Source: Antechinus flavipes (Eukaryota). Taken from it: a stretch of DNA of 64,000 nucleotides. Made by a program: the position numbers and the translations under genes. Below the pieces are notes generated by a model. The model was not told where the DNA came from. It saw only the letters and a list, made by a program, of their open reading frames with translations, and ran no database searches. The stretch lies in NCBI RefSeq assembly GCF_016432865.1, contig NC_067400.1:18724001-18788000 (forward strand), read 5' to 3'. Within the stretch, counting starts at the first letter, position 1, and every line of letters starts with the position of its first letter. This document shows, piece after piece, positions 50,501 to 61,429 of the stretch.

Positions 50501-53089
50501 GTTAAACAACAATAACAAAGATACATAAAGGATAATTGGAGGTAATCCACAGAGAGAAGACATTGGAACAGAAGGGATTGGGCTTCTTGAAGAATGTGGG
50601 ATTTTAGTTGAGACTTGAAGGGAGTCAGGGAAGCCAGGGGGAGCAGATAGGAAGGAGAAATCCAGGAAAGAGCCTCAGCCATTGCAAAGGGACTTCCTTG
50701 TGCTTGCAATGGTAAAACCAGTGGTGGCTGAGTCTTTGAGTGTAAGATAATGAGCTCAATGGTGAAAGCCATAATCACCCCACTTATTAGCACAGTTCTG
50801 ATCTTGTCACCCCTTACTCGAGTGGCTTTTTCTTGCCTTTGGTATAAAGAGACTCTCCTCTTGCAATTTTAAGATTTTCATAATCTAGATAGATCTACTG
50901 TATATTTTCAGGTACATAATAAATTGTTCTTTAAAAAAAATTAAATTTATTTTAATCTAAAATTTTATTTTTAACAATCTTTTAAAAATACCAAGTCCCA
51001 AATTTTCTCCTTCCAGCAAGGCGAGCAATATGATTCCCATTATACATTTGCACACTCTTTTCATAGCCAGCCTTGCCCGCTTGGTGTTCTATGTGCACAA
51101 TATCCAGTCTCCAGCCTCTCTGCCACAGAACAGGCTGTGCCCCACCCTCAGCAAGCCTTACATCTCCAGGATCTTTTCAAAGCTAAGGTTAAGTTCTCTC
51201 TCCTTGGGACCTTCCCTTTTACCTCGAGCACTCAGTACTCCCTCCAGAAAAGCAAACAAGCCCACTAAAAACAACTCTAACTCTCTTTCTGGAGTAGAAA
51301 TAGTTTGATTCTTCTGTTTGCATTCCTAGAGCCTAGCATAATTTTTAGCACATAGTAGGTCCTTAATAAATGCTTGTTGATTGATTTATACATGGTGTGT
51401 TTTCTTCTACGTGGAGTATATTGATCTACATCTCCCACCCCAGAATATAAGGTCCTAGAGGGCAGGGGTTCTTCCATTTTTGTTGATATGATCTTCAAAC
51501 CAACCACAGTGGCTTTCACACAGTAGGCACTTAGAAAATACCTGTTGATTAACAAGCTGAGAAAATATTTTCCTTTAAATATCCCCATGAGCTGGTGATG
51601 CAGCTAGTGTTCTCCCCATTTCCTAGAGAGGGGCATTGAGCCTCGGAAAGCAAAAGATTGACCCCCTGTCACACGGCCACTCAAACCCAGGTCTTCTTCC
51701 AGATCCATTTGGTCACATTTGCACCGGTGCCCAGAGTGAAGGCGCAGGTCAGGCAGCTGGAGGCAAAGGGAAAAACCTCAAAAAGGGAACTTTGACTTCT
51801 GGATCCTTGTCCCTGGAGTGGTGGGCTCCATGGGAAAGGCAGTAACCCTGGCAAGGCTTAGGGAGGGGCTCTTGGGTTTGCCCAAGCTGGCAAAGGAGGG
51901 AAGAAACCAGCTGGGAAAAGCGGCCCAAAGTGTCCGGTGTGGCCGGCCAAGAGTCAGTTTGGATCCAGGAGATTCTCCTTGGGGAAAGTACAACCTCTGT
52001 AGCCCGAGGAGAGTCTGGATTTGAATTGTGTGAATAATAGTGGCCAGAATTTAGCTTTATTCTCTTCTCTAATGCACAGAGAGGACTTTACATGTTATCT
52101 CATTTGATCCCCACAACAAACCTGGGCTATATTTATATATTTCATTATATATAATTAACCTTATACATAATAATAATAATATATTATATATTAATAATAT
52201 ATAAATATACTTATATAAAACAATATGCTATTATTTTATACTTATTTTACAGATGAAGAAATTGAAGCACACAGAGTAAAGTGGCAAATCCCCCCCCCCA
52301 GACTTTCTCCACTTTGCCTCTGTTCAGCTGTCCTGTGGACACGACTTGTAGAAAACCTTCTCCTTCCATGCAGAGAGCTTAGAGTCCTAGGAAGATGTGG
52401 CAGACACAGAGTGGGTCTTGGGAACATTTGTTCTCTGCTGGTCTCCCTTCTGCTTACTGAAGACCATTTTCAGTTGTCTTTGGGCCGACTTTTCTTCTTA
52501 GCTACTTCTCTGAATCAAAGCCTTCTCAGTTCTGTGTGGTTTTGATAGAAGTCTCGTGGCATATCCTGGTTCAACTTTTCATAAAGAAAGGGTTCGACCT
52601 CTTCCCTCCCAGCTTTTCCCTCTGCCTTCATTTTTATCTTTTTTTTTTTTTTTTTGCCATTCTCTACTTTGTGACTCAGCTGATGTGTATCACCATCTAT
52701 TAAATACTTAATTGTGCAGAGAAACCTGTTAGGTACTATACAAAAAGCAGGTGGAATTCTTGGCCTCTAGAAGCTTAATTTTTTTAAAAAATTATGTATA
52801 TTTAAAAATTTCCAATTATATTCATTTCCAGATGTATCTCTCCCAGCTGAGCCCTTCATGTAAATTAAGAAAAACAAACCTAACATAACGACTACATTGG
52901 ACAGCGTCCTGCCCTCCTAGTTCTCACCTAAATCAAAAAAGAGGGGAGGGACTTCCTCACTGCTTTGCTAAGACCAAGACTGGTTCTCATTCTGATTTTC
53001 TCTGATTTCTGGTCACACGACTGTAGTTATTGCTTAAAGAATTCTCCAGATTTTCTCTACTTTGCCAAGTGGGCCCATATGAGTCTCCC

Positions 53090-53460
53090 CACATTTCTCG
53101 GGGTCCCTCTTGTCTGCCCTTGCAGACAAGGCAACACGATGCTCCCACGGTCACCGGCACCGTTCCATCGGACTCGTGTCCCGGGGAACTTGCTAACTCA
53201 CCCTGCATGTGCGCCACCCAACTGGATCGGCCCAGCTCTCCTCTCTGGCCTGGCAGCAGGGCTGGGATACTTTTTCCTCGCCTCAGGGAGTTCTCAGAGT
53301 CACCGGCTCTTCCAGGGCCCCTCCCTCTGAGGGATCCGTCCTATGAGTGCAAACTTGGACATAAAAATGGATGGGGCTCCTAGCAATATCAACAGATTTT
53401 TATCTGCTTCCTGATCACGCGTCGCACTGCTTTCACAACTGAGCTCACAAACGGGTTCTC
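53090..53460. promoter_or_regulatory. Small CpG cluster with GATA/CDX/ETS motifs
   Basis: About 20 CpGs by eye; cataaaaa at about 53360, ttatct at about 53400, cttcctg at about 53408. Confidence 0.35.
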
Positions 53461-53616
53461 CTTCAGCCCTAGGAGGGGGTGGTTCAGGGGAAAAGAAGCT
53501 GGTTCAGGATTTGGGGAGGAAGAATACAGGCAGGGAGACTCACGGGCAAGAGCCAGAGAGCCCAAGGGGGTGCTGCTGTTCTGGAGCCCGCAGGGCTGAG
53601 CACCAGAGGATGATTC

Positions 53617-54120
53617 TTTTTTAAAATTTATTTTGTTAAAGCTTTTTATTTACAAAACATATTCATGGGTAATCTTTCTTTTTTTAATAGCAGCTCTTTT
53701 AAAAAATTATTATAGCTTTTTATTTACAAAACACACACATGGATAATTTTTCAACATTGACCCTTGCAAAACTTTCTGTTCCAATTTTTCCCCTCCTTTC
53801 CCCTATCTAGAGAACAGGTAGTCCAATATATGTCAAATATGTTAAAATATATGTTAATCCAATATATGTATACATAGTTATACAGTCATCTTGCTGCACA
53901 AGAAAAAGCAGATCTAGAAAGAAAAAACTGAAGAAGGAAAATAAAAATGCAAGCAGACAACAGAGAGAGTGAGAGTGCTATGTGATGGTCCCCACTCAGT
54001 CCCCACAGTTCTTGCTGGGGGTGTAGATGGCTCTCTTCATCACTGAATAATCGGAACTGGATTGAATCATGTCATTGTTGAAGAGCCATGTTTGTCCATC
54101 AGAATTGATCATCGTATAGT
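53617..54120 (-). mobile_element. Two stacked older L1 3' ends
   Basis: gctttttatttacaaaaca occurs twice (about 53641 and 53716), followed by L1 3' UTR. Confidence 0.75.
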
Positions 54121-54136
54121 CCATGGGAGGATTCTT

Positions 54137-55544
54137 TTTATTTATTTATTTATTTATTCATTCATTCATTCATTCATTTATTTATTTATTTATTTATTTA
54201 TTTTTTATTTAATGATTACTTTATAATGACAACATTATTCCTTGCACTCGTTTCTGTTCCGATTTTTTTTCCCTCCCTCCCTCCACCCCCTCCCCTAGAT
54301 GGCAAGGAGTCCTTTATATGTTGGATATGTTGCAGTATATCCTAGATACAATATATGTTTGCAGAACCGAACAGTTCTCTTGTTGCACAGGGAAAATTGG
54401 ATTCAGAAGGTATAAATAACCCGGGAAGAAAAACAAAAGTGCAGATAGTTCACATTCGTTTCCCAGTGTTCTTTCTTTGGGTGTAGCTGCTTTTGTCCGT
54501 CATTTATCAATTGAAACTTAGTTAGGTCTCTGTCAAAGAAATCCACTTCCATCAAAATATGTCCTCATACAATATCGTTGTTGAAGTGTATAATGATCTC
54601 CTAGTTCTGCTCATTTCACTTAGCATCAGTTCATGTAAGTCTCTCCAGTCCTCTCTGTATTCATCCTGCTGGTCATTTCTTACAGAACAATAATATTCCA
54701 TAATATTCATATACCACAATTTATTCAGCCATTCTCCAATTGATGGGCATCCATTCATTTTCCAGCTTCTAGCCACTACAAACAGGGCTGCCACAAACAT
54801 TTTGGCACATACAGGTCCCTTTCCCCTCTTTAGTATTTCTTTGGGGTATAAGCCCAATAGAAACACTGCTGGATCAAAGGGTATGCACAATTTGATAATT
54901 TTTTTGGGCATAATTCCAGATCGCTCTCCAGAATGGTTGGATTCGTTCACAACTCCACCAACAATGCATTAGTGTCCCAGTTTTCCCGCATCCCCTCCAA
55001 CATTCATCATTATTTTTTCCTGTCATCTTAGCCAATCTGACAGGTGTGTAGTGATATCTCAGAGTTGTCTTAATTTGCATTTCTCTGATCAATAGTGATT
55101 TGGAACACTCTTTCATATGAGTGGTAATAGTTTCAATTTCATCCTCTGAAAATTGTCTGTTCATATCCTTTGACCATTTATCAATTGGAGAAAGGCTTGA
55201 TTTCTTATAAATTTGAGTCAGTTCTCTATATATTTTAGAAATGAGGCCTTTATCAGAACCTTTAACTGTGAAGATGTTTTCCCAGTTTGTTGCTTCCCTA
55301 CTAATCTTGTTTGCATTAGTTCTGTTTGTACAAAGGCTTTTTAATTTGATGTAATCGAAATTTTCTATTTTGTGATCAGTAATGGTCTCTAGTTCATCTT
55401 TGGTCACAAATTTCTTTCTCCTCCACAAGTCTGAGAGATAAACTATCCTATGTTCCTCTAATTTATTTATAATCTCGTTCTTTATGCCTAGGTCATGGAC
55501 CCATTTTGATCTTATCTTGGTATAGGGTGTTAGGTGTGGGTCCA
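54137..55544 (-). mobile_element. Young 5'-truncated L1 (ORF2 C-terminus with one frameshift, 3' UTR, (TTTA/TTCA)n tail)
   Basis: ORFs 54874-55545 and 54552-54950 give a continuous L1 ORF2 C-terminus (HLTPYTKI...CWRGCG...HCWW; PFDPA...EYY). 15-bp TSD catgggaggattctt at 54122-54136 and 55545-55559. Confidence 0.95.
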
Positions 55545-55794
55545 CATGGGAGGATTCTTATGGAGGATTCAACTCAGACAGTAAATTACCGCCCAGCTCT
55601 AAGAAATGACCTCCCCAAATTACTGGCAAATCACTTAATCCCAAAGCTGTGTCCTCTGCCACTTTGGGGACCCTCGATTTCATCAATATGGGAGTTCCCT
55701 TCGCAGACACTGATGGCAATCCTTCCGTCCCTTAGAAGATGTGAGGAGAAAAGTGTGGGGGGAAACAAGGCACTGTCACCCCCAGTACAGTGAC

Positions 55795-55947
55795 NNNNNN
55801 NNNNNNNNNNNNNNNNNNNNNNNNNNNNNNNNNNNNNNNNNNNNNNNNNNNNNNNNNNNNNNNNNNNNNNNNNNNNNNNNNNNNNNNNNNNNNNNNNNNN
55901 NNNNNNNNNNNNNNNNNNNNNNNNNNNNNNNNNNNNNNNNNNNNNNN
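55795..55947. other. Assembly gap (N)
   Basis: 153 N. Confidence 1.
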
Positions 55948-56235
55948 ATTTGTATGTTTATTTTTATTTATAATTATATATTTATTCTTTTATTTATTTA
56001 TTTTATATATATTTATACTTATCTGTATATATATATTATAAGTATCTTGTATGATCTCTGCAACAACCCTGGAGAATAAATGCTGTCATTTTCCCCATTT
56101 CACAGTTGAGGAAACTGAGGTAAATAGGCTAAGGAGCATGCCCAGGGTCCCAAAGCAAGGGAGTATTTGAGGTCAAATAGGACCCCATTTGCAATTATCG
56201 GGGCAGAGACACTGGCTCGCACTTGATTTTCCAAC

Positions 56236-56355
56236 TTATTTTACCGAGGAGGAAGCGGAGGCGGACGGGTGTGCGGGACTGTCACGCAGCTCTTAAGTGT
56301 CTGGCGCCAGGTTAGGAATACGAGGAGTCTTCAGACTCCAAGCCGGTGCTACTGT
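56236..56355 (-). mobile_element. CORE-SINE with gained or retained CpGs
   Basis: ttttaccgaggaggaagcggaggcggacggg...gtcacgcagctcttaagtgtctggcgccagg...gtcttcagactccaagccggtgct aligns by eye to the ttttacagatgaggaaactgaggc...gtcacacagct...aagtgtctgaggccag...gtcttcctgactcc seen in other copies in this window. Confidence 0.7.
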
Positions 56356-56500
56356 AGGATCCGGGGGCCTGAGTCTCCCCATCTTCTCCTTGCGCAAAGG
56401 AGGGTCTACAGCGCGGAAAGGAAAGAGAATGTTAGGAGAGAAGCCGGTTCGGGCGTTGCTTTGGGCCCGCGGGCGTGGGGCTTTGTGCAGGTCCCTAGAG

Positions 56501-57803
56501 GCTGCCTCAAGGGCAGGAGCCTCGGACAGAGGCGGCCCGCGCTGGCAGACAGGAGCCTCGGGCGGAGGCTGCCCTCAAGGACAGGAGCCTCGGGCGGAGG
56601 CGGCCCGCTGGCAGATAGGAGCCTCGGACGGAGGCTGCCCTCAAGGACAGGAGCCTCGGGCGGAGGCGGCCCGCGCTGGCAGACAGGAGCCTCGGACAGA
56701 GGTGGCCCGCTGGCAGATAGGAGCCTCGGGCGGAGGCTGCCCTCAAGGACAGGAGCCTCGGACGGAGACGGCCCGCGCTGGCAGACAGGAGCCTCGGGCG
56801 GAGGCTGCCCTCAAGGACAGGAGCCTCGGACGGAGGCTGCCCTCAAGGACAGGAGCCTCGGACGGAGGCTGCCCGCGCTGGCAGACAGGAGCCTCGGACA
56901 GAGGTGGCCCGCTGGCAGATAGGAGCCTCGGGCGGAGGCTGCCCTCAAGGACAGGAGCCTCGGACGGAGACGGCCCGCGCTGGCAGACAGGAGCCTCGGG
57001 CGGAGGCTGCCCTCAAGGACAGGAGCCTCGGACGGAGGTGGCCCGCTGGCAGATAGGAGCCTCGGGCGGAGGCTGCCCTCAAGGACAGGAGCCTCGGATG
57101 GAGGCTGCCCGCGCTGGCAGACAGGAGCCTCGGACAGAGGTGGCCCGCTGGCAGATAGGAGCCTCGGACGGAGGCTGCGCTCAAGGACAGGAGCCTCGGA
57201 CGGAGGCTGCCCTCAAGGACAGGAGCCTCGGGCGGAGGCGGCCCGCTGGCAGATAGGAGCCTCGGACGGAGGCTGCCCTCAAGGACAGGAGCCTCGGGCG
57301 GAGGCGGCCCGCGCTGGCAGACAGGAGCCTCGGACAGAGGTGGCCCGCTGGCAGATAGGAGCCTCGGGCGGAGGCTGCCCTCAAGGACAGGAGCCTCGGA
57401 CGGAGGCTGCGCTCAAGGACAGGAGCCTCGGACGGAGGCGGCCCTCAAGGACAGGAGCCTCGGACGGAGGCTGCCCGCGCTCGCAGACAGGAGCCTCGGG
57501 CGGAGGCTGCCCTCAAGGACAGGAGCCTCGGGCGGAGGCGGCCCGCTGGCAGATAGGAGCCTCGGGCGGAGGCTGCCCTCAAGGACAGGAGCCTCGGGCG
57601 GAGGCTGCCCGCGCTGGCAGACAAGGAGCCTCGGACGGAGGCTGCCCTCAAGGACAGGAGCCTCGGGCGGAGGCTGCCCTCAAGGACAGGAGCCTCGGAC
57701 GGAGGCTGCCCTCAAGGACAGGAGCCTCGGGCGGAGGCTGCCCGCGCTGGCAGACAAGGAGCCTCGGACGGAGGCTGCCCTCAAGGACAGGAGCCTCGGA
57801 CAG
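56501..57803 (+). repeat. GC-rich variant-repeat minisatellite, 39 units (32/34/36 bp)
   Basis: Shared core aggagcctcgg(a/g)c(g/a)gag. Variant A is gctgccctcaaggac plus core (21 units), B is g(c)ggcccgcgctggcagac plus core (10 units), C is g(c/t)ggcccgctggcagat plus core (8 units). Confidence 0.97.
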
Positions 57804-59429
57804 GCCCGTCTCTCCCGCTGAGGAAACCCCAGGTCGGCTCCCTGTTCCCTTGGGGGTCTCCACGTGGGAAAGGGGGCGTAAGCATTTGGGTAAATGATGC
57901 AGAAGAGACTCGCAGAGGGAGGAGCCAATAAATGGACCAGATAATTGGAGGGAAACGCAACTGTCCCCAAAGCTCCAAGTCAGGGATTTCATGGGGGAAG
58001 GAACTTCTTACAATGTCCACGCGGTGGCAGCATCCGCCATGACACCAATTTTCTTCCTCCGGCTCCCTTTCCCGTGCGGTCCATAAGGCCCATAAACACA
58101 AAGGCGGCTTTCTTAAGAGCAGAATAAATACATGATTATGAAAATCCTCATTTTTTATTTTTTAAAAGGAGAGGAAGGACACGGGGAGCAGGGAGGCAAG
58201 CATTGATTCCTCAGACAAACGTATCGATCGCCGGTCCCCTCAGAGGCTGAGGCAGATCCTGGGGTCAGTTCAGTCAGCGCTCATTAAGCTAACGGGGTTA
58301 TTGCTGGGTGGCGGACTCTGCGATGCCCCGCTGATACAAAGACAAACATTAACTAGTTCTTTCCCTCAAGGAGTCGCTATCTATCTGGTGGACGGGCTGG
58401 TCACTGGATTGCCAAATGGAATAAAGGTGACCCATAGAAAGGCACACTATGATACTGTGGATTGATTGTTTGTCCTTTGTTTTTTTATTATATAGTTATT
58501 AAATTAATTAATTTTTATGAATATATAATTATAAATAAATTTATTTATTAACTAAATTTAATAGATTCATTGACAGCACATAAGCATGGGTGATTTTTCC
58601 ACACTGACCCTTGCAAACACTTCTGTTCCAACGTTTCCCCTCCTCCCCCAGATGGCAGGCAGTCCCATACATGTTAAACATGTTAAAGTACATATTAAAT
58701 ATAATATATGTGCACATATTTATATAGTTCTCCTGCTGCGCAAGAAAAAATCGGATTTAGAAAGAAGGTAAAAATAACCTGGGAAGGAAAAGAAAATGCA
58801 AGCGGACAAGAACAGAAAGAGGGAGAATGCTGTGCTGTGGTCTGTCCTTTGTTTATGACATGGTGGGGGGTGATGCCTTTTCATACAGGTGACTTGGATT
58901 TAAGTGAGGGAGGCTGGCCCGGGTCACCTGCCTCATTTTCCCCTCCAAGCCATCTGGGTCCAGGGGCAAAATACAGAGTAGGACAACTGATACAATGGGA
59001 GGTGGATGGATACCATGGCCTTTTAGAGGAAAGTCTTCAACAAATCTCCGTTTGACTGGGTGGGAGGTTGCGGAGGAGTTAGTGAAGCTTTCTCAAAGAG
59101 AATGGGGTCCCACTACTGAACATCTGTATAGGACTTTGTGCTTTCTTTATCCCATTATCTCACATGATCTTCATAAGCTCCGAGAATCAGATTTTGAAGT
59201 TGGAATTGACCTCACCAAGTCCGACCCCCGACTTTTACAGATGAGGAAACAGCCTCTTCTAGATTAAATGGTGGTAGACAAGGTGGATGCTAAATCCCAG
59301 AATTGATCTCTGGCCCTCAGTTTCCCCATTTGTAAAACGAAGAGCTTTTATGAGATGATTTTTGAGATCTCTCCAAGCTTTCAAGCTCTGCGGACTGATC
59401 TGGATGAGAAACACACCAGATAAAAACGA

Positions 59430-60060
59430 CTTTGTCAAGGCGTCGTGGGTTGGACCGTGAGTCAGTTTGCTTCTTGCTCTCTATTCAGACTTTTGAAAAG
59501 CAGATGGAGCAGCTGCGCCCTGGGGAGATGCAGCGCGTTGGAACAGACCTCTCTCTAGTAAATGCTCACTCCGTACAATTTTGCTTCCTTAGAAACAGCT
59601 GCTGGGCCATTCAACATCTCGAGAGTTTGTGGTTTATATCTCCTGTGTTTCTGCCTCTGACCTTTCCCTAAACCTTTTGTTTTGTAGAAGAAACAAGGAG
59701 TCGGTTCCACGATGGCCCAATTTCTGTGTCATTTCTGAAAGATGGGCCACGAAGGGCGGGCGGGCGGCTGCTGAGGGAACGTCCTCGGCGGCTCGGCAAT
59801 GGGCGCCCACAGTACGGCCCGTGACAGCTCGGGCCCCTGAAGGTCACTGCGGTTTGCGTCTGCCTGGGAAAGGGCGACTTCTTCAAGGTTGTGATCCTAA
59901 GGCCCAAGCCTTCCAACTTCAGACCGAGCTCTGCCGGCCAGATGAAGAGAGAGAGGCCATTTAGTGTCCGGAGTAAAGACAAGACCCTCACGGGAAGCCC
60001 CTGGGTAAGGGAGAGGAAGGACCATGAGGAGTTCCTGAGGAGCGGAAGTCCAGGTGAAAA
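59430..60060. promoter_or_regulatory. Second CpG cluster containing a candidate exon (59688-60004, +)
   Basis: Dense CpG at 59740-59880; GC boxes gggcgggcgggcgg. Confidence 0.5.
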
Positions 60061-60442
60061 GAATCCTGGATGACCAGAGCAGGTGGTCACAAGTCCAATC
60101 CTAATGGAGATAAATTGAATTGAGCAGGAGGGGAAATTGGGAAATTAGTGCTGAAGGTGGAAGGTACGGACAGACTTTTTGCCCCTCCCGATTTTCCTGT
60201 CTTGGGCAAGACCCCCGATCACTCCACCCTTGTTTCAGCTTCCCACTGCTTCCCTTGGTGTCCTTGGCACAACTCAGGACTTCAGCTTCCAGGGCCTCAG
60301 TTTTCTCTTCTGCAAACGGATGGTGTTGGACTAGATCTCCTCTGAAGCTGCTCCCAACTCTAAATGCTAAGACCCTCCCCAAGAGTGGGTCCCTTTTTGG
60401 TCCCTATGATATTCTCTTTACTTCTCAGTGAGGTTTTAATGT

Positions 60443-60570
60443 NNNNNNNNNNNNNNNNNNNNNNNNNNNNNNNNNNNNNNNNNNNNNNNNNNNNNNNNNN
60501 NNNNNNNNNNNNNNNNNNNNNNNNNNNNNNNNNNNNNNNNNNNNNNNNNNNNNNNNNNNNNNNNNNNNNN
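60443..60570. other. Assembly gap (N)
   Basis: 128 N. Confidence 1.
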
Positions 60571-60679
60571 TCTCTGCCCGTCTTCCCGTCTTCCCCCCTT
60601 TCTCTCTCTCTCCTCCTCCCCAATTTGTCTCTTCCTCTTCTTTCTCTAGGTGCTCTTATTCCCCACCATGGTTTCAAGC

Positions 60680-61090
60680 ATCATGTCCACAGAGATGATT
60701 TTTTTCTTTTCTCTTTTTTATATACTATTTTATTTTTCCAGATACATGTAAAAAGTTTTCACTATTCATTTTTCTAAGCTTTTGTCCTCTCCAAAACAGC
60801 AAGTAATCTAATATATATTAAATATGTTCGATCTTTTAAATATATATCCATATTTATCATGTTGTACAAAAAAAAAATCAGACCAAAAGGGGAAAAAGCC
60901 ACAAAAAAGAAAAAACAAACAAACAGAAAGGTGAAAATATTATACTTCGATCCACATTGAGGTTACATATTCCTCTTTGGATATGGATGGTATTTTCCAT
61001 CCTAAGTCTATTGAAATTGCCTTGAATTACTGTATTGTTGAGTGAAGTAGATCATAGTTGATCATCACATAATCTTGTTAGTGTATACAA
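60680..61090 (-). mobile_element. Old L1 3' end
   Basis: ttccagatacatgtaaaaagttttcactattcatt...ttgaaattgccttgaattac. Confidence 0.65.
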
Positions 61091-61264
61091 GGTGGAGATG
61101 ATTTTTCAATCTAAATCTCCAGTTCTGACCTTTTCGCTGAATCAGAGCATCTCCATCAGGCTGTCTAACTGTTACCTTAGTGTTCAAGAAACATTTATCT
61201 ACTATGTCCCAGGCTCTAGGGATATAGAGAGGAGATCCCTGAATCAATCCATCCTCAAGCATAT

Positions 61265-61426
61265 NNNNNNNNNNNNNNNNNNNNNNNNNNNNNNNNNNNN
61301 NNNNNNNNNNNNNNNNNNNNNNNNNNNNNNNNNNNNNNNNNNNNNNNNNNNNNNNNNNNNNNNNNNNNNNNNNNNNNNNNNNNNNNNNNNNNNNNNNNNN
61401 NNNNNNNNNNNNNNNNNNNNNNNNNN
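61265..61426. other. Assembly gap (N)
   Basis: 162 N. Confidence 1.
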
Positions 61427-61429
61427 CTA

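Larger units (their letters stand above)
56200..58400. promoter_or_regulatory. CpG island without a recognisable coding gene
   Basis: High GC and dense CpG before, within and after the minisatellite; TTGCGCAA at 56390-56397 and CACGTG at 57861-57866. Confidence 0.75.

Noticed and set aside
56501-57803. Identification of the array as Rsx itself, or as CRISPR
   Set aside because: Rsx lies between PHF6 and HPRT1 on X, with a multi-kilobase repeat 1 and further arrays. Here the neighbour is ARL14 (autosomal in human) and the array is 1.3 kb. There are no unique spacers or cas genes.
56269-57897. Long ORFs (217, 319 and 185 aa) through the minisatellite
   Set aside because: A and B units lack stops and only C units carry one TAG in one frame, so long ORFs are expected by chance. 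The 32/34/36-bp units also shuffle the frames.
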